Assembly: GCF_036588685.1 (NCBI RefSeq)
Contig: NC_086378.1
Location: 18,662,001 to 18,726,000 of the forward strand
Length of the DNA stretch: 64,000 nucleotides
Direction: 5' to 3'
Source: Mytilus trossulus
Taxonomy: Eukaryota
The notes under the pieces: model-generated
Database searches by the model: none
Told to the model about the DNA's origin: nothing
What the model saw: only the letters and a program-made list of their open reading frames with translations
Translations under genes and position numbers: made by a program
Part shown: in pieces, positions 14,271-28,600 of the stretch
Numbering within the stretch: position 1 is the stretch's first letter
Layout: each line of letters starts with the position of its first letter

Positions 14271-17200
14271 ACTAAGACAACAAATCAAAGTATTTGCTGG
14301 GTAGCATGCTAGCAACATACACCGAAGTAAAAAAGTAAAAACACAAAATCACCGAAAACGGAAAGTCCCGAATCAAATGGCGAAACCAAAAGCTCAAACA
14401 CATCAATCAAATGGATAACAACTGTCATATTTCTGACCTGGTACCGGCATTGTCTAATGTAGATATAAATTAAAAAAATATATACATAAAAATATTCAAC
14501 CCTTAACTTCATAAAGACGTTGTTCTGCTAATAAACAGATTTTCTTCGAACAGTACCGACATTATTTTGTGAATATAACAATATAATAATCAGAGAATTA
14601 AGAGAAAACAAATGCCGTACCACCCATATTTTATAATAAATATAACAATTTTTACGTTTCATGCAAATGCTACATTCAACAGTTTACATGCCAACCTCCT
14701 AGTATATACACCCAGGTTATAAACTAATTCCAGCATGTACCTATTTTGACGTAAAATGGAAACACACTCCTCATAAAATCAACAGTTTTGACTGTATAGA
14801 GTACTGCACTTACAGATACGTTCTAATGGTTAGTGTCAAAATCGTATAAAATCGTATTAAGTTAAATAAATGTGTGTGATCCACAAACTTTATGGTAGTT
14901 ATTAGCAATGTGATAAAAACCATTGTTTTAATACCAACTCAGTACCCCATTTTAAAACAGGAACTCTAGTAGCGCCTTGCTATTTTGTGATTTGATGAAT
15001 CTTTTTCTCATAGACTCGGTATCAATTCTAACATGAATACACCATGCCAGGCTTTTATGTTTAATTTCTCTTCTATTTTGAATTTTACATGTTGTGAGTA
15101 CAAACGATATTGGCAAAAATAATAACAAAAAGAAGAAATAATTCAACGTATGATAGACGATACTATTCATAGAGTGAATCAAGTTTTGTATTTCAAAATA
15201 TATAACTTTATACAATTATTTGTAGCAAATGTGACTTTATATGGATTTGGCTATTATTGGTAGATCCTTTTAGTCATATAGCTCTTCAACTGATTCGGTT
15301 CTAATACAGCATGGGCTTTCAAATATTCGACTTTGAGAGTGCCTTGTAAATATTAACCAAGGAAAGCTCGGACGCATCAAATTATGTACTGTTGATATCA
15401 TGTTTTAATACATATAAAAATGAAACGGGTATTTGCGAATAATTTGAAGTATTGTAACACTTTTAAAATTTCCGATTAGAAACATCTTTGAAAAGTAGCC
15501 TGCTTAAAATACCAACTGCATGAAGATTTTCATACCCAGATGTTATGCATTCATCGATTGTATCTTGCTATGTTTTCTTTCCTGTTTACAAAGAATGACC
15601 AAAAACGATGCATGTTTTTTATTTAACAATTTAAACTTTAATTATTTGTAACCATTGAATGTTAATCTGTACAACGATCAACAATTAGTCCGTGTCAAAT
15701 TGTTTTAATCTGACTCACAACTGTATGATTTTGTCCAGGTCTATACATGTGACTATCTCTATCACTGAGATAAAGCTACCAAACAGAATTATTAGATGAA
15801 CTCTTTTATTTAAGAGTAAACATGTCAAGAAGTATGCATTCATTTGATATTCTGACATTTCGTGTTTTATTGTTTTCAAATATGCAATGAAATGTGTTTG
15901 ACAACAATGATGCACCTTTCTTGTTAAAAAAACCCCAGATTTTAAATGTTTTATTGCATTTTATTTGATTTAAGTACAAATTTTATTATTTGTTATAATT
16001 TGAACAACTGAAATGCGATGCATTTTGTAAATTTTGAATCACGGAGGGCAAAAACTTTTTCAAAATATAATCAGATAGTTAACTTCTAATTTCAAATAAC
16101 GATATGCATTCATAAGTTTCATTGCTGTTTAATTACGGTATACATTCATAAGATTCACTGCTGTTCAATTTCTGGCAATTATATTTTGTGGAATCTAGTT
16201 TTGAGGCTGATTATGTTTAAAACGTAATAATTAGCTTCGGTGTTAGTTTCTTGTTAGGTACAGCTTATGGTAAATTTTGAATTCCTGTATTTCACTACTA
16301 CTGCATCAGAGATGACTATATGTAATGCGCATACAGTGCTTCCAACTTGTGTATCTTGTAACGTTCATACTAGGACATTAATCTTAAAAATAATTTTGCT
16401 CCAAACAATCTACAAAATACAATTCAAGTCGTGTTAAGTCTTATTAAGTTTTATAGATTTTCATTTGCGTATAAGTATGTTTAACTGTTAATGTTTTGCC
16501 AATGGCTTAAATGGCTTCTTCTCATATTTGGTATTTACCATCCGGTGAAGCTGTACTGTTTTCAGCCCGTTTTGTTTATTAATATTAATTATAACTGATT
16601 GTGTCAGTTGTTACGTACTTCCCCTGTTTGATTTTTCCTTTGATTTCAATATGTTTGTTATACTTTTATGTTACATTCATTCTTTATCGGATGTTCTATA
16701 TGTTTGTCTTTTTCATTTTTAGCCATGACGTTGTCAGTTTGTTTTAGATTTATGATTCTGACTGTCCCTTTGGTATCTTTCGTCCCTCTTCTATAGTTGA
16801 TAACTGCGTAACATTTTGTTTTTTTATTATATCAAAATTTAAATACACTCTCTCATTTGCATTAATGAATGTTCTTGTTGAAACTCAAAATCATCAACAG
16901 CACTATCAAATCAAATGATGTAACATAATGCATTTGAGATGTTTTTTTCTCTCTCCAAATTTCAAAAATAAAATTTCAGTACTCTTATAAAAGACAAAGG
17001 CATTACAAGGTTTGGCTCCTGTTGCAAATATTTACAATAGCCTAAAATTATGTTCTGCTTTGATCGACAATGAAGTTCATCCTCCACTTAAAATATAGGG
17101 TATACTTGATAAGATCGCAACTATAGCTATGGTGCAGACACATACGGACTCCTCACAAAATATATTTTAGGTTTCATAAGCGATGACACTCTCCTAATAT

Positions 17201-18164
17201 GATGTTATGCATCAAACATAAGACCAATTTTTCTTGAAGACATGGCTGCGATTTTGTTTTATCCTACAGAGCCAAATGAACACCTCTTGTAAGTATTAGA
17301 TGTGCTACCGGTATAGATGACACAAAAGACTAACAAAAAATACTACCCTAGAGTGGTTTGAAAGTTAAGTTCAAAATACTTTCCTTTAGTTCCAAAACTC
17401 CAGTGCAGATGCAATAATCATTATATAGACAACAAGGTATACATGCCAGTTTAATGAGATAGCAAGTTTTCCTTTTATTCTTCAACTAGTATCTGTATTT
17501 TTGTTCTACACATAGATATATGGACATTTTTGGAAAAATCCTGGGATAACAACATTTCCCTACCCATGAGAGACACACACACTAACTATAAGATACATCG
17601 AACTATGTCATCAGGACCAATATGGGTCAACATTAAAAATTACTTGCACCAGGCGTGAGTTTCGCCTATATGAAAGACTCATTATGTCGACGATGCAACT
17701 GCTCAATAAAGGATCTCAAACAACAATAGTGTTCCTTCACGTTTACAAAACATCATTTAAATTTGATTATCCGGGTGTGTTGTTGCACCTTTCATCACTT
17801 TTCCAGCGGTTAGGCGGAACAAGTCCGTATTGGATTGACAGATGTTTCATATAGTTTGATAAAATATCACTTAATAAAGTATGTGCTACAAACATTTTTT
17901 CTTTCTAGTAGTACATAACAGACGAATGATCAAGAGCGCGATCCAGATATTTTAGTTCAATGAGTAACACGACAGGTGCCATATGTTGATCAGGAACTGC
18001 GTAACTTTAGGAGGACATGAGATCTCAGCATATTTTGTTTGAAATAGGTTCGTGTTGCTATCATTTCAGTTTTTAGTATTGAAATTGTGTAATTTTAGTT
18101 TAAATGGTCATGTATTTGGTTTTCATGTTATATTTGTTATTCTCGTGGTGTTTCGTCCGATGCT

Positions 18165-18322
18165 TGGTCCGTTTCTGTGTGTGTTGCGTTTCGGTGTTGT
18201 GTCGTTGTTCTCCTCTTATATTAAATGCGTTTCCCTCGGTTTTGGTTTGTTACCCCGATTTTGTTTTTTGTCCATGGATTTATGAGTTTTGAACAGCGTT
18301 ATACTACTGTTGCCTTTATTTA
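18165..18322. repeat. Interspersed repeat family C, lying between two family A fragments
   Basis: GTCCGTTTC...GTTGTTCTCCTCTTATA...CAGCG.TATAC.A.TGTTGCCTTTAT; related copy at ~32222-32398. Confidence 0.65.
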
Positions 18323-18877
18323 TGTGTGTATACTATCGAATGTGTAGAATTAAAATTGTTATAAAAGAACGTTAAAGATACCAAAAGTACATTTAAACTT
18401 GTAAGTCGAATACAAACTGACAATGCCATGGCAAAAATAAAAGTAAAAAAAAAGTTAAAAAAAATTTAAAAAAATACAACGCAAATTTACCATCAGTACA
18501 TATAATAAAATAAAGCATAGCAAACTAATTATAACTGAGCAACACCAATCCAACCAAAACCCGTAGGTGATTTCAGGTGCTCTAAAAAGGTCAGCATACC
18601 CTGCTCCACATATGCTGCATCCGTAGTGTTACTCAAGTAGATTAGCAAATTAATAAATACTAATTTCCTGCATGTCGTACTTGACAGGGTCAAATTGAGT
18701 GGTTCTATATCTTACGGGGTTATATAATATGCATAGCCGATAATTTATCAATTTGGTGATATCTTAGGGTTAGAAAAGAGACTATATCAACCATTTTGTG
18801 ATACTTTATCATCAAATGGAATTCATCAGCGTACATTTGTAGTTAAATAGGAGTTACATAAGGGTGTCACTAGTGAA

Positions 18878-19210
18878 ATAAAATTAACGGTACCAATTTT
18901 CTTGCACCAGCTGCGCATTTCGACAATACATGTCTCTTCAGTGATGCTCGTGGCCTAAATATTTGAAATCCAAAGCTTATATAAAAAATGAAGAGCTATA
19001 ATCCAAAAGGTTCAAAAAGTATAGCCAAATCAGTGAAAGGAACCAGAGCTTTGCATGAGGGAGATACATTCCTTAATTTATAATAATTTCTAATATTTTG
19101 TAACAGCAAATTTTAATAACACAAAAAATCCGTATTTTCATGCCAGTACCGAAGTACTGGCTACTGGGCTAGTGATACCCTCGGGGACTAATAATCCACC
19201 AGCAGTGGCA
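18878..19210 (-). mobile_element. Second retrozyme family, partial unit with hammerhead at 18904-18949
   Basis: Minus strand reads GCAUCA CUGAAGA GAC AUGUAUU GUC GAAA UGCGC AGC UGGUGC. Shares the block CTACT.GGCT.GTGAT..CCTCGGGGAC...TCCACCAGCAGTGGCA with the 355-bp family (19161-19210 vs 25027-25076). Confidence 0.8.
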
Positions 19211-22200
19211 CAGGAACTGTGGATCCTCGATGAACATATGAGTTAACCCCAAGTGTTGTGGGGATTGATTATGCTATATTGAGATATCTGTATAGTGTGC
19301 ATTGTTCTGTACACTGGTTCTCGATCGAAATAGTCCGTGAGTTTCACATTTGCTAATACCTGGAATGTAGTGCCGGGAACCATGATGTGAGTCCTGGTAA
19401 TTGTCTTTTCGTTGTTCTGTTGCGCCTTGGTGTTGCCTGATTCGACTTATTGTTTTTAATTGTCTCCTTGGAATCTTCTTCGTTTGAATCAAATAAAGAA
19501 TTTTCCTATGGTAATTGGAAAAGCTAGTTTTTGAATGAGTTTCATATCCTTTTCAAGTTCAAGTTGTGTGTAACAAAAAAGAAGCAAAGTCATTTGGATG
19601 TTATTTATTGATCGTTTTATTTTGCAGATTTAAAAAAAATATCTGACTAAGCACGTATTCTTCATGTGAGAAAAATATACACACGATATAGTAACATATA
19701 ACTTTCAAAACTTTCATTATGAGTGCTAAGCGTGTCTAAGGTACTTTTAATTCTTATTAATTAAGATAAATAATGTTTACTGCTAATTTCATGATTTCAC
19801 AACATAACGCAGTTTAATTTATATTTAACATGAAATGTTAAGAAGTCTTAAGAAAATAAAGACTATTCGAGACCACCAATGTCGATATTCAACAAAAGTT
19901 TTCTTCAGGTGAAACAAAGAGTTATAGCAAAGTTACCTGCAATTTGTAATTAAGAGAGAAACTGTCAAAATTTCACTCGATTGTTCAGTTGAGGCGTTGT
20001 TATATATATCGTTATAAAGACATCTATTTGATCAGCGGTGAAGTATTGTGACAACAGTTTCGTGTTTAGGTCACCCAGTAATACGAGGAAGGTGTGAACA
20101 GAAATTTCTTCTCTTGTCAGGTAAAAAGAATGCATTATCAAATGATGGAATCTTTTGAAGAAAATCTAATCAGTTAGAAACATTGCAAAATTAATGAACC
20201 TTACAAAATCATTAACTATTCTGAAAGAAGTAACTTTCGTTGATAGTAGTTTTTGAAATAAGGACGTAAAAATAAACTTGTAACAATAGATTTCGTTTGT
20301 CTGATATCATTATGACCTACCTTTAGAAGAACTTGAATAATATATGTCTGTATAATATAAGATTTTTAATTTTGCATTTACGGCTACTTTATTTTATTAT
20401 CATTATAATCATTAACATAATTTGGACAAATCATACTCCGATAACATGTATTTCATAGATTTGGACATGAACCCTTAACTCAATAACTACCAAAAAGATC
20501 ATTTGAATAAGATCACCTCAAACCATCACTTTCTAAGTTCTATTGGCATCATCATAATTTGTAAAAATAGTTTCATCATTTTTTAAGTGTGTACACTTAT
20601 TGCAGACATTAGTGATACCTCACTGTAATACCTACACATAATTACTAATATTGTCATTCACATGGAGGGCCTCGACTTACAATGAACTATTGAAATGATT
20701 TAAGCAACAGTTTGGAATCTAAAAGTAGAACGTTGATTACCAACCTTTCCAGCCAACACAAGCTATCCCAGGGTATAAATCAGGCTTGTGTTAACTCATT
20801 TTACTTTTGTGTTTGTTATTGTCAGCCATAGTGTTGTTTATCCTTTGATATATTCGAATCCTGTCAATTCCCTTGTTTTCATCAACTTTCTTGACAAATA
20901 CGACATCTTTAAAAATGTATTACTGGTGATATCTTAGGGTTAGAAAAGAGACTATAGAAAAGAGAGATCTTTGCACCGTTTTTGTTCCGTCATAAACTTT
21001 CATGAACCTTCGAAAGCAACCTGGAATGGAAGGAAAACATTCATTATCTATTCATTTCATGATAAAAAGACCAGAAACCTGGCTTAGACATACAGTGATA
21101 CCACATAACAGTCATCATTTCATAATATATTATTATAAAATATACTTAAATATTTTGTTTATTTCCTTCATTCAGAGCGGTGATACCTGAAGCAGGGTTG
21201 GTTCTAAAAAATGTACTCCGCGGACGTTTGAGAAAGTGAAATTCGTAAAAAGCTGACAACGATTAACTTTAGTCTGTCATTGTTATGACATCCCCCTGAT
21301 TCTACTTTAACTGGACATAAAAAAAATCATTAACGACAGTTATGCTAACATATCAAAGCAAAGTACCACATATTTTTTCACTTCATTTCGAACCAGTTTT
21401 AGTTTATTCTCATGTTATATTAAAATCATTATTTCATTGAGGTTTTGTTTTCTTTTATTTAACTATCATTCGATAGTCACGAATAATTGCCGTAGGTTGA
21501 TACAATCGAGTGTTTGATTTTGTTATGTTTTATGGACTTCTTCCTTTTCTAAACTATATTGCAGTTGTGCATTTTTGTTCATTTTTTTCTACAGACTGAA
21601 TTTAAATCTCAAATTATAGTTTGTTAAGATTTATTGTCGTCCTAAAAGATTGTTATGATTCCCTTATACCATGGTATATTCTGAGTTCAAACTTTATTCT
21701 TATATCATACTTAAACTCGAATCGTGTTCATTTATAACAGTTCAAATATGTATATATAAGTAAGTATATACAGAAACTATTATATGCAGGATATATGTTT
21801 GTGTCTAAAGAAGGAGTAAAGATCAAATCTGTATGCTAGTGATTTATTTTCTGAAGATAAAGTTTATCAGAGATTTGTCGTGACCGACTGCAATCTTGAA
21901 GATGTAATGCAGAATAAAGCTGTGGTCATCAAAGTTTAGAGTCTTTTGTCTGTCCAGAAATCCACATGATAAGAAAGGCTAATTTTTCTTTCGAATGATA
22001 TAGTAAAGGTGACATCTGTTTAATTTACTAGCTACCTAAAATGATTACATTTGGTGCCACAAAGCATTAACGATTAATGAATTTGTAATAGTGTCCAGCC
22101 TGGCTATTCTAATTGTAGAAAGTGAAAGGACAAAACATTTACATATAAAGTTTACAGACAATGTCAAATCCCTGGGGGTATATATTCATTCCAATATTTT

Positions 22201-22542
22201 TGTTATCTTTTCAGTTAGGACATTTAAAGTGTCCAAGCTATTTGCATATGTGCACATTTCCGGAAGAAACACCGTTTTCGATGTCTGAAAAACGGTTACA
22301 TATTTGTTCATACAATAAGGTTTTTGATTAGTCTTTCAGAATAAGTGGTACAATAAATCAGTTTTATTTTCCGTTTTATAATAATAAGACCAAACTCCAG
22401 TTCAATCCGGCTTTCTGGTCAATTTTTTGTTTGTATGCAATTTTTTTGGACTGCTGTGATTTTGTTGTCATGGTTCATTTTGTAATGTTTCATCGTTTAG
22501 TTGTACTGTCTTGATGTCTGCACGTTAAAGTTACTTTAAAGC

Positions 22543-22780
22543 ATCGTTGACAATATAATGGAATTTGATGCGGCTGTTATACAAGTGAGATGTTCAGCTA
22601 GTTATAAAACCAGGTTCAATCCCCCATTTTCTACATAAGAAAATGCCTGTACCAAGTCAGGGATATGACAGTTGTTATCCATTCGTTTGATGTGTTTGAA
22701 CTTTTGAATTTGCCATTTGATTTGAAACTTTCCTTTTTTAATTTTCCTCGGTGTTCGTGATTTTGTGTTTTTACTTTTTT
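22543..22780. repeat. Interspersed repeat family B
   Basis: GTGAGA.GTT.AGCTAG.TATAAAACCAGGTT.AATCC.CCATTTTCTAC...TGTACCAAGTCAGG.ATATGACAGTTG...TTTTCCTCGG. Copies at ~26488-26797, 30128-30408 and 11575-11660; inverted at 14329-14462, 27395-27540, 36095-36412 and 41073-41156. Confidence 0.85.
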
Positions 22781-24742
22781 ACTTCGGTGTATATTGCTAG
22801 CCTGCTACACAGCAAATACATTGATTTAGAATAATTTTAATATTTATTTGTTTTCTCATTTCAGACCGTTTGGTATTTGTTACTTGCTTGGAATAAGAAT
22901 TACTGTATAATATAAACATTTAATGCATTACAGTTAAATTGTGCCATAAATAAGAGATAAACAAATTGTACCATAAACTTAGAGGTAAATAATTGTACCA
23001 TTAACTTAGCGGATACCGTGGTTTACCTATGTTCAAATCAATTAGAAACAGACACTTCCAAAATGAAACTTTCCCCTCTTAATAAAGCCTTTTACTTGTA
23101 TTTATTAAACCTATTCCAGGAAAAAACGGACGAACTTGACTACGATATATCCCCCCTAGATTTTGCAAATTACTAACACACTGTGAATTTGATAAGTTGG
23201 TCATTTCAATATGTTCATTAATGTTTTTGCTCATCTACAAACGTTAAACAATTCATATTCATTCTATCACTACATTTTTGTAGTATAGTTTTTATGAATA
23301 CAAAAATACAGCCTTTCGAAGTTAGATAATTTTTAGTAAATTTTTAATTTTTGAATGTTCGTGTTATTAAATAAACTCGAGCAAGACTGAGAATATGTAC
23401 ATGTTAAAAGTTCGTGCATGGTCGAAATCTGAATCTTGTTATTTCATCCTACAAGGTATCATTGAAGTCTTACTCAACAAAAATAACCATGTGAATTATA
23501 CAAGAATTTTAATTTTCACGTGAAATTGCAACTACCCTTGAAATACATATAGCGTACATCCCTTCACTGTTTTACTAATTGTCTTGATTTTACAGACAAT
23601 AGAATAAAACTGGCCTGCCAAATTAAACTCCAGTTCATTTATAACTGGAATGATAATTAACATGTATTCAATCTTTGTCATGTTTTAAATAAGAACCTGC
23701 CTATTTCTCATAGAATACATATGTTCTCACGACCTTTGGTGAACATGTTAACACATTTTAGATAAACCTTAACTGCAATAGTCGTACTAATCCACAGTAT
23801 ATTCCTGGATTATATAAAATGATATAATTTTGACACTTTCCCTCGATTATCATGTGCAAATTGAAGCTATCTTCATAAGAATACACCCTCACATTGTTAA
23901 AATTAATTGTTGTGACTATCGAATCAACGATTCAAGGAAAATGTTAGACATTTTGAATATAACGACCTAAAGAACTGCATCTCCACAATTAATAATAGAA
24001 ATCATAGTAAAAGTTGAAAATAACAGTATAATTTCAATTTGGTTAAATAACGGAAAGCGTTAATACGAGCATTACAGCTATAGGATGTTTCAAACCGAAA
24101 TACCAACCCATTTAATATGACAGATTTTCTAGTTTACCGAAAATTTAAAACGTGTATTCCTAAACTAGAAATGACGACTAATTTGCCAGTCTTTCCTTTA
24201 TTTGACAATTTTGACTTCAAAAAATGGCGATCTGCATCTTAATCAACTTCACAAAAAGAATGTTTTTGAAAAATATGGTAACAGAACAGTTTGTATATAT
24301 ATATCCGTCTAACGTTCATTTTCGTTAATTTTAACTTAGCTGTATTTTCAAGAACCTCACAAAATAGAGTTTTCTCATTGTTGAAAGCCTTACGAAGTTA
24401 TTTATCTCTTTGTCATGTTGGTCTGTTGTAAATAATTGTCTCGTCAGCAATCATACAAAATCTACTTTTTTTTCAAATTCAGATTGTTAATGTTTTACAT
24501 GGTTAGGACATGGGGTTTATTATACGAAGTTTTTTTTATAGCATAAGTCTTAGAATTGGTCAGAGGTATAACATTCTCTAAACCCAGCTTGCAACCAGCG
24601 TCAAGAGTCTAGAGTTCTGTTTGTTGTATGCAAATGGTGACGTTTTAAAATTGTAACTGTGGTCCTGGAATGTGTATCTGTGCTTTTGGATTGGATTCAT
24701 TTTAAGGATGCTAAAGCTCATCAAAAATGTAATTCTAGATAT

Positions 24743-25153
24743 TTATCAAAGGTACCAGGATTATAATTTAGTACGCCAGACGCGCGTTTCGTCTACATAA
24801 AACTCATTAGTGACGCTCATATCAAAATATTTATAAAGCCAAACAAGTACGAAGTTTAAGAGCATTGAGGATCCAAAATTCCAAAAAGTTGGGTCAAATA
24901 CGGCTGAGGTGATCTATTCCTGGGATAAGAAAATCCTTATTTTTTCGAAAAAATCAAAGTTTTGTAAACAGTTAATCTATAAAAATGACCACATAATTGA
25001 TATTCATGTCAACACCAAAGTGCTGACTACTAGGCTGGTGATTTCCTCGGGGACGAAACGTCCACCAGCAGTGGCATCGACCCAGTGGTGTGAATAGTTA
25101 TCAAAGGTACCAGGATTATAATTTAGTACGCCAGGCGCGCGTTTCGTCTACAT
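24743..25153 (-). mobile_element. Non-LTR retrozyme: one full 355-bp unit plus a partial second unit, with hammerhead motifs
   Basis: TTATCAAAGGTACCAGGATTATAATTTAGTACGCCAG.CGCGCGTTTCGTCTACAT occurs at 24743 and again at 25098 (period 355). Hammerhead at 24773-24818 has CUAAUGA; the second is truncated and has GCC at the cleavage triplet. Confidence 0.85.
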
Positions 25154-25418
25154 TTCATCATGTAAACTATTAAAAAAGATTACGAATTGGTACACAATGT
25201 ACAATGCAAACTAGAGAAGCCGACAAACCTTTTGCACACATAGGTTGATGAAGCCGTGTCTGGTTAAATTTGATTGAGTAGATTCAGAGGAGTAGATTTT
25301 TTAAAATAATAACGTCGATGACATACGACAGACGATTAGTGATAAGAAAATCTGACTATCTTCCCTTCATTTAATTTGTGGAAATTTCCTCTATCAAGTC
25401 AGGTAAAAACGTATTTAA

Positions 25419-25603
25419 CAATTGGGCCTTTCAGAATCTAAAGCATCATGTGTAATTTCATTGTTCGTACCCCAAAGTGAAAATAACGTAACGTCATTGG
25501 TTGAACTTCCATTGTTTTGGACGTTTTCAACCAATCACGACGTTTTGGTGTATATTTTTGAAAATATTACCCAGAATGCATTAGATTCTGAAACGGCGAA
25601 TTG
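25419..25603. mobile_element. Small MITE (~185 bp)
   Basis: CAATTGGGCCTTTCAGAATCTAAAGCAT / ATGCATTAGATTCTGAAACGGCGAATTG imperfect TIRs plus inner inverted repeat ATTGGTTGAA/TTCAACCAAT. Confidence 0.7.
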
Positions 25604-28600
25604 TCTTTGACTTTTTCTGTTGATTGATTACGTATGGTTTTGTCAGTTTTATGGACGTCCCTGTTTTGCAATTACCCTGAAGGGTCGCTATTTTTGTTGA
25701 ACTTTTTTGCACTATGTGCCAGGTGAGCAAACAATCTGCACTTGCACATGGGTGGTGTGGCTTCTGGAAATCAAATAAAAATATTCTAAGGTATAAAAAT
25801 AATACAAATATCTAACAGAAACATAAGATAATGACAGGGTCTTGTCAGCAGGTTTCTATTTCCATTCCAAATGATGCCAGAGCTTGCATGCTGTTCTAAA
25901 AACTGACACTGACATTATCATGCCTTCTGATTACGACTCAATACCCCTTTGTTCTTCCTTCTGTTTTGATAATTTATCAAATATAAACAAATTTATGGAA
26001 ATTCGTACAATTGATAATTCGTAATAATAAGTGTAAAGTTTCAAAATGCAGTGCTAATGATCAAAACATGTGGAGATGAAAGACTTATAATCTTTTTAAT
26101 GCACCAGCTACAAACATTTTGATAAATATGTTGAATGAGGTAAAAGCTCTAAATAGAAACTAAAAGTCATTTATTAAACTATAACATGTTTTATTTTGAA
26201 TATGTTAAAGATGGTTGAGTTTCAAATTTTGTATTAATTCATATTAAGTAGCAATTTATTTGCCGATGTTGTATTTAATACTTATATCAACCGGAAGCAA
26301 GAGAGGGGATAAAACGTGATTTTCAGTAAAAATATAACAGACCTAATTAGAACCACGTGAAAATCATTAATTTACCAAAAATCATAGCCACTTGATAAAC
26401 CAAGAAACAATGACAATACTATCAGATTTATAGATGCCTTATTTCCTTGTTATATATTTGTTTTTTTTTTTAGAAATGCAGGTTATAAAACAATATTGAC
26501 TGTTGTACCCCTATTTAACAATTTTACCTATCATGTCTATTTGTTTTGTTCACACGTCGTTGTCAATATAATAGTTGTTATGCGATTGTCATACACGTGA
26601 GAGGTTTAGTTAGCTTTAAAACAAGGTTTTATCCACTATTTTCTACAAACAAAAATGTCTGTACCAAGTCAGGAATAAAAAAGTTGTCATCTATTCGTTT
26701 GATATGTTTGAGCTTTTGAACTTGTCATTTATTAGTTATTTGACTTCCGTTCTGAATTACTTCCTCGGAGATCAGTATTTTTGTGATTTTGCTTTTTAAT
26801 TCACTTAGCTTTTATTTTTATAAGGAAAGGACTAATGAAATAAATTAATTCATTAATATATATTTATCCTAAAAAAGAATGGAAACAGTATGCTTGCTAT
26901 AAAATCACATTTTTACTGATTTAGCCAGTGAGATTTCTGACAAACACCTGCATTAAATGTTAACCATATAAAATGACGCTTTGTTTTAGATTATAACTTC
27001 AAACTCATTGGGCAGGTATTTCACAAGGAACTACTGAACAGGTGTGATGGGATTTATCTAAATTGTTAAAATACGCACATTTAGTCTCTTTAAAATCACC
27101 ACTTTAGATCTAGAGGGTGTGAACGTTTAAAGAGCATATACTTTTGAAATTAATACTTCTGAATTTTGTAAATTGTTGTTAATTTACATTTAATTGATTT
27201 GTATTTCTTAATATCAATCCACATGCAATGAGTATGCATTTTGTAAAATGCTTTCTTAAGGTAATATTACAATGTTTTTCGTATCTTTGAATCTATAAAT
27301 TCCAGAAATGGGAATGTCAACTCATACAGGTGGTTGAAGAGATTTGACTACATATTAGTTCATTTTGTATCAAGACAGTCAATACTTTGCATAAAAAGGA
27401 AAATAACAAAAATACCGATCGCGAACTCCGTGAAAAATTCAAAACGGAAAGTCCCTAAACAAATGGCAGAATTAAAAGCCCACACACATCAAACGAATTA
27501 ATAACAACTGGTATATTCCTAACTTGGTACAGGCATTTTCTCCTATACGAATAACATTTTGAACGAGAGTTTCCGTTTAAATTATAATTTTAAATGATAT
27601 ATAAAAAATGAATCGTAATATGTCTATGTGGTTTCTTTTGATATTTTGATATTGACTTAACCTCTCTTGCCAATGAGGGTTAATCGTGAATATTGTTATT
27701 GTTTTATTATCATTATAACCAAAATTAGTTATTAACTGTTATCCTAATTTGTTTTATTGATATTTAAAATAAACTATAAGAAAAAGTCCGATATTCTATC
27801 CGGCTGGTATATATCACCGGTTTAGCAGGAAAGATAGTGATAATAGTTGCTTATTTCTAACATAGGGATCTGTGTAGTCTCGGAAGACTTGTTAAAAGTA
27901 TAAAGTATGGTGCGAACAACGGGAATGTCAGAATATATGAAACAAAACACACAAAATCTACAATTAACTTCGTAATATAAGATTACAGTGTGTTGTTACC
28001 TCTATAGGTCTTATTATCGCTGTTGGCGCCACAACGGGAAGAAAAAATAGCCTACTGGGATTGTTCACTAGAAATATGGAAAACATTTGATAGGTAATAA
28101 TTATTTTGATCAATAATGAAATAAACAATATGTTCTTTATTTAAGCAATAATAGTAACTCAAATGTACTAAAAATAATGTGTTCGATTTCCAAATTCCTA
28201 AACATCCTTTATAGAAATCTTTAGCTTCATTCCTTCATTTAACACATTTATCATAAGTTCTCTCTTAACTCTATGTATCATCAAATTGTTATACCATGTG
28301 GCATTATTGAATAAATATCAAATTAACATATCACTTTCTCAGTTTAAGCAATCTTTTGTTCAGTAGTCATTTTGAAAATTCCTCTTTTTTGATAAATGCA
28401 TAGATTTTGTTGATAGAGGTTGTTATCTGTCAGGCAAAAAATACAATTTTAAGATTTTATCATAAATCACGGGCACTGTTTGATACATGTATTCATAATC
28501 TGATTGGCATTTAACTCTCAAGGAAATGATATTATAAATAAAACAATCGTATAATTATTAATCGCTTTCAAACTAACAAAGTAAGGTTATTTATGACTCT

